A stretch of DNA of 64,000 bases from Candidatus Anstonellales archaeon (GTDB lineage Archaea; Micrarchaeota; Micrarchaeia; Anstonellales; J096), in assembly GCA_038896535.1 (NCBI GenBank), contig JAWACY010000002.1, positions 32,001 to 96,000 on the forward strand. The letters are read 5' to 3'. Of the stretch, positions 51,031 to 61,218 are shown one piece after another. Both the position numbers and the translations under genes were made by a program. How positions within the stretch are numbered: the first letter of the stretch is position 1; every line of letters begins with the position of its first letter. The notes under the pieces were generated by a model. It ran no database searches and was not told the origin of the DNA. It was given only the letters and a program-made list of their open reading frames with translations.

Positions 51031-52665
51031 ATGCAAGATAACCAACATAATAACCAATATAATGAACAACAAAGAATTTTAGGAACTTTAGTAAAGAGAA
51101 ATGGGGGAAAAGGAAGGAGAGGAGAAAATAACAACTTTAGCAGGCAGTTAAGCCTTTTTCAAGATTATTTGCTAAACCCCGACAAAATAAATGATAAAAC
51201 AGATGAGATAAAACCAGATACACTAGATAGAATTTTATATAACAACACATTAGACCATGAAATAGCTAAAAATCTTTACAGCAAACTTTTTAGACATCAA
51301 ATTAATGCTTTGCCATATCCATGGAAAGGCAACACTGCAATATTAATGCCTACCGGCTCAGGCAAAACAGAGCTTGGATTCTGGGCCATGCTCTATTATA
51401 GGGAAAATGGAAAAAAAGCATTTTTCCTTGCCCCAACATTAGCATTAGCAAAACAGCAATACAACAGATTTTTGTCTTTATTTGGGGGGCATGAGAAAAA
51501 AAATGTAAGCATATTAACTGGCGAGATAAATAGCGATAAAAGGAGCTATGATGCTGATTATATTTTTGCAACACCGCAAACATTATATAATGATCTTGTA
51601 AATGGCCTGCAAAAGCCAGCTAATATTTCAATTGATAGCATATCAATTATTGTATTTGATGAAATGCATAATGCAAGAAAAAGTGAAATGGGGAATGGGC
51701 ATGCCTATTATAAACTATCTGAATTATTAGCAAAGAGTAGCGTTAAAATACTTGGCTTAACTGCAACATTTGGAACAAAGAGATTGAGGAAAATGATAAT
51801 AGATGCAATGAAAATTAAAGACATAAAAACAGGCAATGCAGAAATAGAGAGAAGAGAAATAAAGATATATTTTGAACTCGATGAGGATATGCTGAAATTA
51901 ATGAAAAGCATAAAGGCCAAGATTGATGAATTAAAAGATGAATTTGAAGGGATATGCTCATTTTACAAGTTAAAGATGCCTAAATCAAAAAGTGAAAGAA
52001 AGAAAATAAAAGACATGCTGCCAAATAATGACATAGAAGCATTAAAGATTTACTGGCTTTATGATTTTTTAAACGATTATTATGATAAACTTGTTTCATA
52101 TGGATTAAGGGCTTTTTTATCTTATGCAAAATTAAAACTAAAAACAAATACTGGAAGAAAAGTATATGCATTATTAAAATCTGATATAGAGAAAGCAGTT
52201 GAATTATTAAAAAAAGGCTATGAGCATCCTAAGATAAAGGCATTAAGTAATTATATAAAAAATGGTAAAAAAACAATAATATTTGTAAATTTCTATTCAG
52301 AAGCTTTAGTCATAAAATATTACTTAGATAAATTAAATGATAATAGTATAAGGCCATTAATATTTGCAGGGAGGAAGTATATGAATGATAGGGAGAGAGA
52401 AATGGCAATTCAAAAGTTTGCAAATGGAGAAATAAATACATTGATATCGACAAGTGTTGCAGAAGAAGGCATAGACATAAGCGATGTTGATAATATCATA
52501 TTTTTCGAACCAATCCCAAGTGCTATAAGAAAAATACAAAGATCTGGGAGAGCAAGAAAACAGGGTTCAAATGTTTGGATATTCATAACTGCTGGTAGCA
52601 ATGAAGAGCTATACTCTTTAATAGCTGATAAAAATAGCAGTATTATACTAAATAACGATATTTAA
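51031..52665 (+). CDS. Second Hef/FANCM-like helicase paralogue
   Basis: PTGSGKT, DEMH, TAT, HPK, EEGIDI, QRSGRAR. Confidence 0.88.
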   Translation: MQDNQHNNQYNEQQRILGTLVKRNGGKGRRGENNNFSRQLSLFQDYLLNPDKINDKTDEIKPDTLDRILYNNTLDHEIAKNLYSKLFRHQINALPYPWKGNTAILMPTGSGKTELGFWAMLYYRENGKKAFFLAPTLALAKQQYNRFLSLFGGHEKKNVSILTGEINSDKRSYDADYIFATPQTLYNDLVNGLQKPANISIDSISIIVFDEMHNARKSEMGNGHAYYKLSELLAKSSVKILGLTATFGTKRLRKMIIDAMKIKDIKTGNAEIERREIKIYFELDEDMLKLMKSIKAKIDELKDEFEGICSFYKLKMPKSKSERKKIKDMLPNNDIEALKIYWLYDFLNDYYDKLVSYGLRAFLSYAKLKLKTNTGRKVYALLKSDIEKAVELLKKGYEHPKIKALSNYIKNGKKTIIFVNFYSEALVIKYYLDKLNDNSIRPLIFAGRKYMNDREREMAIQKFANGEINTLISTSVAEEGIDISDVDNIIFFEPIPSAIRKIQRSGRARKQGSNVWIFITAGSNEELYSLIADKNSSIILNNDI

Positions 52666-53693
52666 GAATATTTAACCCCACCACCAATTTTTGCAACTTT
52701 CATTATGCTTGCTTTTTTTGATATTAAATCAAAGATTTCATTCAAATATTCCTTTTTTGTTATGATGATTGGATTTGGGCCAGCATCGAATGTATAGCAT
52801 GCTTTTGCTTTACCATGCTTTTCATTGACATCATTTATTATATCCATTATAGAGAAGCTTTTATCATTCAAATAATGTATTGCTGGTTTAGTAGCCAAGC
52901 ATATTGCATGGAAGTTATTGCTTGCTTCATTAACAATACTTGAAAATAAATCAAAATCTCTATTTTTAATTGCTTTTATAAGTTTTGGCATCAATATATT
53001 CTCTTCATATTCAACCCATTGCCAATAAAATGGGCATGTATTTATTGACTGTTTCATACCAGCCCTGCTTTTTATCTTTTTTTCTTTCTTTGATAAAGCT
53101 ATGTATATTAATCTTAAATCCTTCCAATGCTCTCTTTTGAATAGTGTTTTTGCATAACTATCAAATACACCAGCATTTTTATCAGCTTTATTCCATAATA
53201 CAAAACCACCTTTAAATGTTGCGCTCCTAGAAGCAGAGCCAGAGCCCAGCCTTGCTATTGCTGTTATTTGTTTCTCATTCAAATTTAGCTCTTTAAAACA
53301 GATTGCCAAACAATGTGCTAAAGCAGCAAATCCTGAAGCTGAGCTGGCAAATCCAGCAGCAATCGGAAAATTTGATTTTGTATCTATTTTATAATCATAA
53401 TTTTTAAGCATTGGAAATATGGAATATAATTTTTCGAAAAACGCTCTTACATTTTCATCAACTGCTTTTTTACCATTTATAGTAAAATATATTTTCCCGC
53501 TGCCTTTTTTTGCTTTCATGTTTGTTTTTGTATAAAGGCCGGCTATTGTTATTGATAAGGAGCTCTTTGTAGGAAAATGATCATTCTCCCTCTCTGGCAT
53601 TTTTCCCCAGTATTTTATCAAAGCAATGTTTGTTGGAGCAATAACGCTTGCCTTCCTTATTTCTCTTATTTCTCTTATTCCCTGCATAAGCAA
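52662..53693 (-). CDS. mvaD: Diphosphomevalonate decarboxylase
   Basis: TNIALIKYWGK, AAGFASSASG, ARLGSGSASRS, SRAGM, YTFDAGPN. Confidence 0.92.
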   Translation of the reverse strand: MLMQGIREIREIRKASVIAPTNIALIKYWGKMPERENDHFPTKSSLSITIAGLYTKTNMKAKKGSGKIYFTINGKKAVDENVRAFFEKLYSIFPMLKNYDYKIDTKSNFPIAAGFASSASGFAALAHCLAICFKELNLNEKQITAIARLGSGSASRSATFKGGFVLWNKADKNAGVFDSYAKTLFKREHWKDLRLIYIALSKKEKKIKSRAGMKQSINTCPFYWQWVEYEENILMPKLIKAIKNRDFDLFSSIVNEASNNFHAICLATKPAIHYLNDKSFSIMDIINDVNEKHGKAKACYTFDAGPNPIIITKKEYLNEIFDLISKKASIMKVAKIGGGVKYS

Positions 53694-53774
53694 ATTACAA
53701 ACAAAAAAATAAAAATGCTATATATTTTATATTTCAAACTATTTGATGTTTCAAGCATGCAATAAAGTTTAAAA

Positions 53775-55721
53775 ATGTTTTTATCTATTAATTTAATTGT
53801 CTCTTTATATTTATTTTATTCTGTGGTGAATTTAGTGTCAGATTTAGAAATAACCATAAAAAAGCTTGTGCCGAATGCAACAAAAATAGAATATTGGGGC
53901 TCATCAGTTGCAATATATGTGCCAGATTTAAAAGAATTCTATGAAGATAAAACAAAGATAAGAAGCATAGCAACAGAGATAAAGAAAAAAGTGCTTATAA
54001 GGGCAAACCCAGAAAATAGAAAAAATGAAGAAAAAACAAGGGCCTTAATAGAAGAGCTAGTAAAAGAAGCAGGCATTACAAATATATACTTCAATCATTA
54101 TCTTGGAGAAGTGCACATAGAAGCATTAAAACCCGGCATAGTAATAGGGAAAAATGGAGAACACTTAAAAATAATAGCTTCTGAAACAGGCTGGGTGCCT
54201 GTTGTTTTAAGAACACCAACAATGCCGTCAACGATAATAGATGGAAATAGAAAAAGTGATATAGCATATGCTGAAGAAAAAAAGAAATTCCTTATTAAAG
54301 TAGCTAAAAGCCTTGAAAGAAAGTCAAGTGAGCATTCATGGATAAGATTCGTTACTCTTGGGGCATTCAGAGAGATTGGCAGAAGTTGTTTATTAATACA
54401 AACAAAGAACAGTAAAATCCTGATAGATGCTGGAATACATACAGGCTTAAATCCTCTAAATGCAAGCAGTGAGGATTTATATCCATATGTTAACATGCTG
54501 GGTTTTCCAATAAATGATTTAGATGCAGTTATCTTGACTCATGCGCATGCTGATCATGTAGCTTTTCTTCCATTCCTTTTTGCTGCTGGTTATGATGGTC
54601 CTGTTTATGCAACTCAACCAACAAAAGATTTAACTGCACTCATACAAAACGATTATTTAAATGTACTTACAAAAGGTTATGGGGCAAATACGCCATATAC
54701 AAAAAAAGACATACAAAAAGAGCTCAGGAATTTCATAACTGTTAATTATGAAGAGATAGTTGATATAACGAGCGAGATAAAATTAAGCTTCTATAATGCA
54801 GGGCATATATTAGGCAGTGCTATAGTGCATTTAAACATAGGTGAAGGAAAGCATAATATATTGCATACAGGAGATTTAAAATTTGGTTTTGGAAGATTGC
54901 TGAATCCAGCCCATACAAGCTTTCCAAGGGCAGATACATTATTTATAGAATCCACATATGGTGGGAAGAATGACGTAATGCCCCAAAGAGCAGAGAGTGA
55001 AGCAAAGCTTATGTCAATAATAAATGAAACATTATTAAATAAAGGCAAAGTGCTTATTCCTGTTTTTGCTGTTGGCAGAGCACAAGAAGTTTTATTGGCA
55101 ATAGAAGCACATGTAAAGCAAAATAAAGATTGGAATTACCCAATATATATCGATGGTATGATACTTGAAGCATCTGCAATACATACTGCTTATCCGGAAT
55201 ATTTAAAAGAAAATATAGAAAAAAGAATATTGAGCAATGATTCGCCATTTGAAATAGAGCACTTAAAAATAGCAGTTGGTATGGATAAGCAATCAATAGC
55301 AGAAGGTGAGCCGGCAGTTATTCTTGCCCCTTCTGGCATGCTTACTGGAGGGCCATCTGTTGAGTATTTAAAATTACTTGCTGACGATACAAAAAGCACG
55401 CTTATATTTGTAGGCTATCAAAGTGCATTAAGCTTAGGAAGTAAAATACAACAAGGCATAAGGGAATTTCAACTTCCTGATGAGGATGGGAGCAAGCATT
55501 ATACATTAAAAATGCGCGTTGAAACTGCAGAAGGATTTTCTGGTCATAGCGATAGAAGGCAATTGATGGCATGGATAAAGAATATAAATCAAAAATTAAG
55601 GGCAGTTTACACAATGCATGGGGATTATAATAAAACTGATGAGTTTGCAAAGGACATAGCAAAAACATTCAGAGTGCATGCAGAAGCTCCATTCAACATG
55701 GAGGCGAGAAGATTAAAATAA
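53775..55721 (+). CDS. fttA: aCPSF1 / FttA (KH plus beta-CASP RNase, transcription termination factor)
   Basis: KPGIVIGKNG KH motif, THAHADH, ESTYGG, FSGHSD, HGD; true start probably a GTG near 53830. Confidence 0.93.
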   Translation: MFLSINLIVSLYLFYSVVNLVSDLEITIKKLVPNATKIEYWGSSVAIYVPDLKEFYEDKTKIRSIATEIKKKVLIRANPENRKNEEKTRALIEELVKEAGITNIYFNHYLGEVHIEALKPGIVIGKNGEHLKIIASETGWVPVVLRTPTMPSTIIDGNRKSDIAYAEEKKKFLIKVAKSLERKSSEHSWIRFVTLGAFREIGRSCLLIQTKNSKILIDAGIHTGLNPLNASSEDLYPYVNMLGFPINDLDAVILTHAHADHVAFLPFLFAAGYDGPVYATQPTKDLTALIQNDYLNVLTKGYGANTPYTKKDIQKELRNFITVNYEEIVDITSEIKLSFYNAGHILGSAIVHLNIGEGKHNILHTGDLKFGFGRLLNPAHTSFPRADTLFIESTYGGKNDVMPQRAESEAKLMSIINETLLNKGKVLIPVFAVGRAQEVLLAIEAHVKQNKDWNYPIYIDGMILEASAIHTAYPEYLKENIEKRILSNDSPFEIEHLKIAVGMDKQSIAEGEPAVILAPSGMLTGGPSVEYLKLLADDTKSTLIFVGYQSALSLGSKIQQGIREFQLPDEDGSKHYTLKMRVETAEGFSGHSDRRQLMAWIKNINQKLRAVYTMHGDYNKTDEFAKDIAKTFRVHAEAPFNMEARRLK

Positions 55722-55735
55722 TATATAATAATAAA

Positions 55736-56437
55736 TTGCCTTCTGTTATTATAGCATCTTATCTAAAAAATTTTATCAATATTGATATGCTAGAAGTTGA
55801 CAATTTATTAGATTTTTCCTGTAATGATGAATGCATTGTTTTAAGCCCGCACAGAAGTAAGGATAAAAAGCCAGCAATAACAGTACACATCCCAGGAAAT
55901 GCTGGAAAAGCGCATTTTTATGGCATGGACTTTATGCTCAATATATCAAATCCAGTCCTTATGTTTAGAATATTCATTGAAACACATAAACTTTTAGAGC
56001 AAAATAGAGAAGAAATAAAAATGACTTATGAAGCAGACCACCATGGCCCGAATATAGAGAAGCCAATATTATTTTATGAGCTTGGGAGCACTGAGCAGGA
56101 ATGGGCAAATAAAGATTTATGCATACTTATGGCAAATGCATTGAAAAATGCATTATCAAGCAATGAAATGCCCAGCATTACTGCTTGCTATTTTGGTGGA
56201 AATCATTATGCCAGCAGATGTAATGAATTGACAATAAAAAATGGATATGCATTTTCTCATATAATAGCAAAGTATTCATTGGATGAAACAAATGAAAATG
56301 TGGTTAAGCAAGCATTGGAGAAAACTACACAAAAAATAGATATTGCAATAATAGAAAAGGACGGAACAAAAAGAATACACAAAGATAAGATAATCCCAAT
56401 ATTAGAGCAGCTTGGCGTAGATTACAAATTATTGTAA
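55736..56437 (+). CDS. dtdA: Archaeal D-aminoacyl-tRNA deacylase (DTD2)
   Basis: SPHRS, TVHIPGN, EADHHGP, ELGSTE, GGNHY. Confidence 0.9.
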   Translation: MPSVIIASYLKNFINIDMLEVDNLLDFSCNDECIVLSPHRSKDKKPAITVHIPGNAGKAHFYGMDFMLNISNPVLMFRIFIETHKLLEQNREEIKMTYEADHHGPNIEKPILFYELGSTEQEWANKDLCILMANALKNALSSNEMPSITACYFGGNHYASRCNELTIKNGYAFSHIIAKYSLDETNENVVKQALEKTTQKIDIAIIEKDGTKRIHKDKIIPILEQLGVDYKLL

Positions 56438-56488
56438 ATAAATTATTGTAAAGCAAGCTCACAATTTATTGTTAAAAGAATAAAGCAT

Positions 56489-57082
56489 TTATTTAGAACA
56501 TTGGCCTTGTCTCAATACCTCAAATGCTTCAAATGTTGCATGAGCTAATTGCTCAAAATTACTGGCTAACTTAAAAAAAAGTTCTGGATTCTTGCTTATT
56601 TTGCTGTGCAATAAATAATAGGACTGGCCAATTTCCATATAATCATCAACAGTCATTGGAGGAGAAGCTTCAATTCTCTTCCTAAAAAAAGAAACAAGCA
56701 CAAGGCATGTATCCCCTATTAGTCTTGCACAAGTAAAATAATTTTGTTCTTTTAAAATATCTATGACTCTTTTAAATTCTATTTGCTGATCAGTAAAAAG
56801 CCTGCTTACATACGTGTAGCATAAAAAATTCTCTTTTATTCCGCCAAGTTTTGCTGCTAAAAAACTGAAAATAAAATGTCTGATTTTTGACATGTCCTTT
56901 TCAATTTTCAGCTTATTGCCTAAAACTTCATTTCTTATATTTCCTATTCCTTCTTCTTCAAATCTTCTGAATGCATTTATTATGGCTCCATCATCCAATT
57001 TTTGTTTTTCGCCTCCGCCCCCGTTCTTATGCTTTCCGAGTTTCTTCTTTGCCTCATCAAATGAAATTAAATCTCCCATCAT
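56489..57082 (-). CDS. Conserved-looking hypothetical protein
   Basis: IGDTCL..FF, YMEIGQSYY, LFFKLASNF pattern; function unknown. Confidence 0.7.
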   Translation of the reverse strand: MMGDLISFDEAKKKLGKHKNGGGGEKQKLDDGAIINAFRRFEEEGIGNIRNEVLGNKLKIEKDMSKIRHFIFSFLAAKLGGIKENFLCYTYVSRLFTDQQIEFKRVIDILKEQNYFTCARLIGDTCLVLVSFFRKRIEASPPMTVDDYMEIGQSYYLLHSKISKNPELFFKLASNFEQLAHATFEAFEVLRQGQCSK

Positions 57083-57246
57083 ATTTATATCAATCAGGTA
57101 GTTTAAAAATTTTTCTATATTTTATGGTTTTTGTTTTTATGATTTTTGTTTCTATAGTTTTTGTTTATGCTGGCATGTTGCTTTTTTATAACTTTTTTAA
57201 ATATACCGCCCAGCATGGGAAGCATTTTTTATGCAGCCATACTTTT

Positions 57247-58029
57247 TTATTGCCCACTATTATTGCTATTGTTCTCATTATTTTGTCTTTCAATCCTTAA
57301 TTTTAGGGCAACATATATAAATACAGCAAGAAACGAGCCATAAACAAATAAGTATATGCTATCAATCATTGCAGCATAAAAAATGCCTATATCATAGAGG
57401 AAATAAAATAAAACATCGTTCAAAGTGTTCAGCATTATTATCAAAATAAGTAAATATATATTTTTTTCATGATGCTTGAATGTTAAAAATATCGCATATA
57501 TTATAGTAAATGAAAACAGCAAAGATAAGATATTTGAAACTGGCAACACGTGATAATTAAGCAAAAATGCACTTACAATGATCATAAAAGCAGCATAATA
57601 GTAAAATGTTTTATTAAAAAGGTCAAAAATGCTTGTATTGAAATTTGACATAAAATTAATAAATCTTAATACAAAAACAAATAGTAATATATTGCTAATT
57701 AACCAAAGGCCATATCCAAAATCAGGATTATTGAGGAAATAGAAATTTGCATAAGCTATTGTGTATATAAAAAAACCCAGCAATAAAGTTATTGCCTCTT
57801 CTTTTACAAAACCAACAGTAATATATGATAGGTATAATAAAACAATATTTATTAGTACTAATAATAAAAATGATATAGTCCAAATTATTGATAACGCTCC
57901 ATAAACAGCAGCTTGACTAAAAGATAAATATGATGCCATTAATAGCAATATAAAGTAAATTGCTGTACTCGCATAAAAAAGCCCGCTATAAAAAAATCCT
58001 TGCCCTTTTGCAACTTCCATATTTACCAC
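57247..58029 (-). CDS. Multi-pass membrane protein
   Basis: About 8 hydrophobic segments. Confidence 0.8.
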   Translation of the reverse strand: MVNMEVAKGQGFFYSGLFYASTAIYFILLLMASYLSFSQAAVYGALSIIWTISFLLLVLINIVLLYLSYITVGFVKEEAITLLLGFFIYTIAYANFYFLNNPDFGYGLWLISNILLFVFVLRFINFMSNFNTSIFDLFNKTFYYYAAFMIIVSAFLLNYHVLPVSNILSLLFSFTIIYAIFLTFKHHEKNIYLLILIIMLNTLNDVLFYFLYDIGIFYAAMIDSIYLFVYGSFLAVFIYVALKLRIERQNNENNSNNSGQ

Positions 58030-58038
58030 TTTGACCTT

Positions 58039-59007
58039 TTACTTTAAAATATTTTCTATATTATACTCATTCTTTAAATCATAAGCAAATATTGTATTTA
58101 AAAATGCTGCATGTGTGCCTAACAAAAAATAACCCGCTTTTTGTGCAATAACAGGCATTGGCAATACTGATTTATCAAAAATATGGCTGTATTTCATTAT
58201 TAAACTTCCTTCAATAAATTGCTTTCTTGCTAATAATTGTAATATAAAATCATCTGCCCCAAATTCTAAACCATTGGTAATATTTCTATACATTAAATCA
58301 GCATATTCTTTATCTTCAAAATAGCCGAGGCCTATTGCTTCAAGCATATACTGCCTTAATACTTTCATCCTCTCATTCTCATTAATTGTTGAAAATGTTG
58401 CAATTCCATACAATAAAGACGTCTTGGTAAAAATATGCTTATTATAATTATAACCTACTAAAAAACCAACTAAAGTCAAATATACTGCTTCAAGTGATGA
58501 TAAAGGCCTGGCGTTGTTTACTGGTTCTTCTAATTTAAAGAACATACCTTCAAATGCCTTTTCTGATTTAATAGTGAATTTGAGGTTTTCCAATTTATCT
58601 TGCGGGGTTTGTTCAATAACCCTTCTTACCTCATCACCTATTAATGGAATGTATGGAACTATGAATGGCTCCTTTTTCTCGTTTTTTGCTCTTATCCATG
58701 ATGCAGTTGCTATTTCATTATTATCTCCTTCAACATAAGTAAGAGCAACAAGATACTTTAGCCATTCTGCCTCAGTTTTTCTGCTTAAAAAATATCCTAA
58801 ATACGGGTCAACATCCTCTGGATCTCTGTTCTTTTCATAACACATTCTCAAAATTGCCCTCCTTAATTTTACCCTCTCCCCTTCATCTTTTGGATTAAAC
58901 AACTTTATTTTTTTCGCGCATTCCAATATAAGCTTTTTATCTGCTTTTGCCCCCGTATTTCCAGCCATTCTATCCCTCCTTATCATCAAACACAATAAGG
59001 TCAACAT
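58039..59007 (-). CDS. Hypothetical protein
   Basis: Long ORF; likely start MAGNTG after GGAGG SD. Confidence 0.7.
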   Translation of the reverse strand: MLTLLCLMIRRDRMAGNTGAKADKKLILECAKKIKLFNPKDEGERVKLRRAILRMCYEKNRDPEDVDPYLGYFLSRKTEAEWLKYLVALTYVEGDNNEIATASWIRAKNEKKEPFIVPYIPLIGDEVRRVIEQTPQDKLENLKFTIKSEKAFEGMFFKLEEPVNNARPLSSLEAVYLTLVGFLVGYNYNKHIFTKTSLLYGIATFSTINENERMKVLRQYMLEAIGLGYFEDKEYADLMYRNITNGLEFGADDFILQLLARKQFIEGSLIMKYSHIFDKSVLPMPVIAQKAGYFLLGTHAAFLNTIFAYDLKNEYNIENILK

Positions 59008-59404
59008 TATTGCTGCTCATATAATCATTTAACATTTTTAAAAATCTCTGCTTCTCCATATCATTAAGGCCAAAAAGTATTGGTTCAAGTGATTCAATAT
59101 ATATAGCTTGTGGCCTAATCCTTTGTACAAATTGCTCGAGGATAAGAAATAATGAAGTCGGATCATTGGCATTACTTATTTTCAAAACCCCGCTTTGTTT
59201 TTCACTTCCGCCTGTCTGTGTTAAATCAACACATGCCCATGCTTTCTTGCCCTTTATATATTTCTCCACTTGCTTAAATGGGGTTTTTGTTAGAATAATG
59301 AGCTTTATCCTTTTATCCTTATTTATACGCTCAACAAACTTTTCCTTTACAACTAACAAAGCCAAAGCATAAATTAAAGGCATAATCATATATTTAGGAA
59401 ACAT
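58970..59404 (-). CDS. Small inactive RecA/KaiC-like (DUF835-like) protein
   Basis: IILTKTPF..., AIYIESLEPIL (degenerate Walker B); no Walker A. Confidence 0.5.
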   Translation of the reverse strand: MFPKYMIMPLIYALALLVVKEKFVERINKDKRIKLIILTKTPFKQVEKYIKGKKAWACVDLTQTGGSEKQSGVLKISNANDPTSLFLILEQFVQRIRPQAIYIESLEPILFGLNDMEKQRFLKMLNDYMSSNNVDLIVFDDKEG

Positions 59405-59471
59405 ATTTAAATGTTATTACTCAAATAAATCAAATAAAAATCGCTTACTTACATACAATATCGGCGGTTTT

Positions 59472-59933
59472 ATGCGAAAATTTAGGGATATAAAAGAAAA
59501 ATATAAAAAAGCTGAACAAAAAGCACTGGAAAAAATAGATAAAATAGCAGATAAATTAAGAAAATCAAAAATATTAAAACCATTGTATGAAAGAAGAAAA
59601 AAACTTGGCCCTTTTATTGCTTATGGTGATGTGTTAATAAATACAGGCATTCTATACCTGACATTAAAAAATAAATTGCTTGGCATATCCTCATTATATG
59701 CTTATGCTTATGCAAAAGATGCTTTTAGGGCTTTGCAATTTTTTACAAACGAAACAAAAAGTCCGCTGGCTAAGTATTGCATGCTATACTTCTCATTAAA
59801 TATCCTAAGCTTTGGCTTTTATTCTCTAATGCCGTTTGAAAGTTATTTATCATTATATTTCTACATTAAGACAAATAGAAAAGCAGATCATAGAAAAGAA
59901 GATTATGGGAAAGACAATAATGACAATATTTAA
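59472..59933 (+). CDS. Hypothetical membrane protein
   Basis: Basic N-terminus plus hydrophobic segments. Confidence 0.6.
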   Translation: MRKFRDIKEKYKKAEQKALEKIDKIADKLRKSKILKPLYERRKKLGPFIAYGDVLINTGILYLTLKNKLLGISSLYAYAYAKDAFRALQFFTNETKSPLAKYCMLYFSLNILSFGFYSLMPFESYLSLYFYIKTNRKADHRKEDYGKDNNDNI

Positions 59934-59955
59934 ATTATTTCTTATATAAGCATAT

Positions 59956-61206
59956 ATGCTTGATCCAGATTTTATAAGAAATAACCATGACATAGTAATA
60001 AAGAAATTTGTTGACAGAGGGTATGATAAAGGGCTTGTCCTAGAATTTTTAGAGATAGATAAAGAATGGAGGGCAGTAAAACAAGAAAGCGATAAAAAAA
60101 GGGCTGAGAAAAATATCATATCAAACAATATAAAAGAGCATATTAAAGAGAAAAAGGACATAACAAAATTAAAAGAACAAGCACTTGAACTTGATAAGAA
60201 AATAAAGGAGCTGGAGCAAAAAGAGAAGGGCCTTGAACAAAACAGGAAAAATATATTGTTGCAAATGCCAAATTTACAGCAAGATGATGTGCCAATAGGA
60301 AAAGATGAAAATGACAATGTCGAAATAAAAAAATGGCTTAAGCCATCAAAAACAAGCAGTGATATAAAACCACATTACGAGCTGCCTTTTTTTGATTTCG
60401 AAAGAGCAGCAAAAATATCGGGCCATAGGTTTGCTTTAATGTATGGCCATTTTGCAAAGCTTGAAAGAGCATTAATAAACTTCATGCTTAACATGCAAAT
60501 ATTAAATGGTTATAAAGAGGTATGGGGCCCGCATTTAGTATTAACAAAAGCAATGATAGGAACTGGGCAATTGCCAAAATTTGAACAGGAACTTTATAAA
60601 ACAGATGACGATTTATGGCTTTTGCCAACAGCAGAGGTCATGCTTGTCAATATTTACAGGGAAGAAGTTTTAGAAAACCATTACCTACCAATAAGGTTGT
60701 GTAGCTATACTCCTTGTTATAGAAGAGAAGCAGGAGCTTATGGCAAGGATATTAAAGGTTTTTTAAGGCAGCACCAATTTGATAAGATAGAGCTTGTATC
60801 AATAACAAGAGCAGAAGACAGCAAAACAGAACATGAAAAAATGCTTTCTGATGCAGAATCAATACTAAAAGCCCTTGAACTGCCATATAGAGTTATGCTA
60901 TTATGCACTTCTGACCTTGGCTTTGCATCTGCAAAAACTTATGATATAGAAGTATGGCTTCCAAGCCAAGATAAATATAGAGAAATAAGTTCAGTCAGTA
61001 ATTGCCTTGATTTTCAGGCAAGAAGGGCAAACATCAGATACTTAGAAAGGGGCGAGCTATATTTTGCCCATACATTGAACGGGTCTGGCCTTGCTGTTGG
61101 GAGGACACTCATAGCATTAGTAGAAAACATGCAGGAAAAAGATGGCATAAAAATACCAAAGGCATTACAACCATATTTTGAAAGCGATTTCATACATTTT
61201 GATTAA
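59956..61206 (+). CDS. serS: Seryl-tRNA synthetase
   Basis: Coiled-coil arm, GTGQLPKF, PTAEV, RQHQFDK, EISSVSNC, HTLNGSGLA. Confidence 0.97.
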   Translation: MLDPDFIRNNHDIVIKKFVDRGYDKGLVLEFLEIDKEWRAVKQESDKKRAEKNIISNNIKEHIKEKKDITKLKEQALELDKKIKELEQKEKGLEQNRKNILLQMPNLQQDDVPIGKDENDNVEIKKWLKPSKTSSDIKPHYELPFFDFERAAKISGHRFALMYGHFAKLERALINFMLNMQILNGYKEVWGPHLVLTKAMIGTGQLPKFEQELYKTDDDLWLLPTAEVMLVNIYREEVLENHYLPIRLCSYTPCYRREAGAYGKDIKGFLRQHQFDKIELVSITRAEDSKTEHEKMLSDAESILKALELPYRVMLLCTSDLGFASAKTYDIEVWLPSQDKYREISSVSNCLDFQARRANIRYLERGELYFAHTLNGSGLAVGRTLIALVENMQEKDGIKIPKALQPYFESDFIHFD

Positions 61207-61218
61207 ATTTAAATATGT

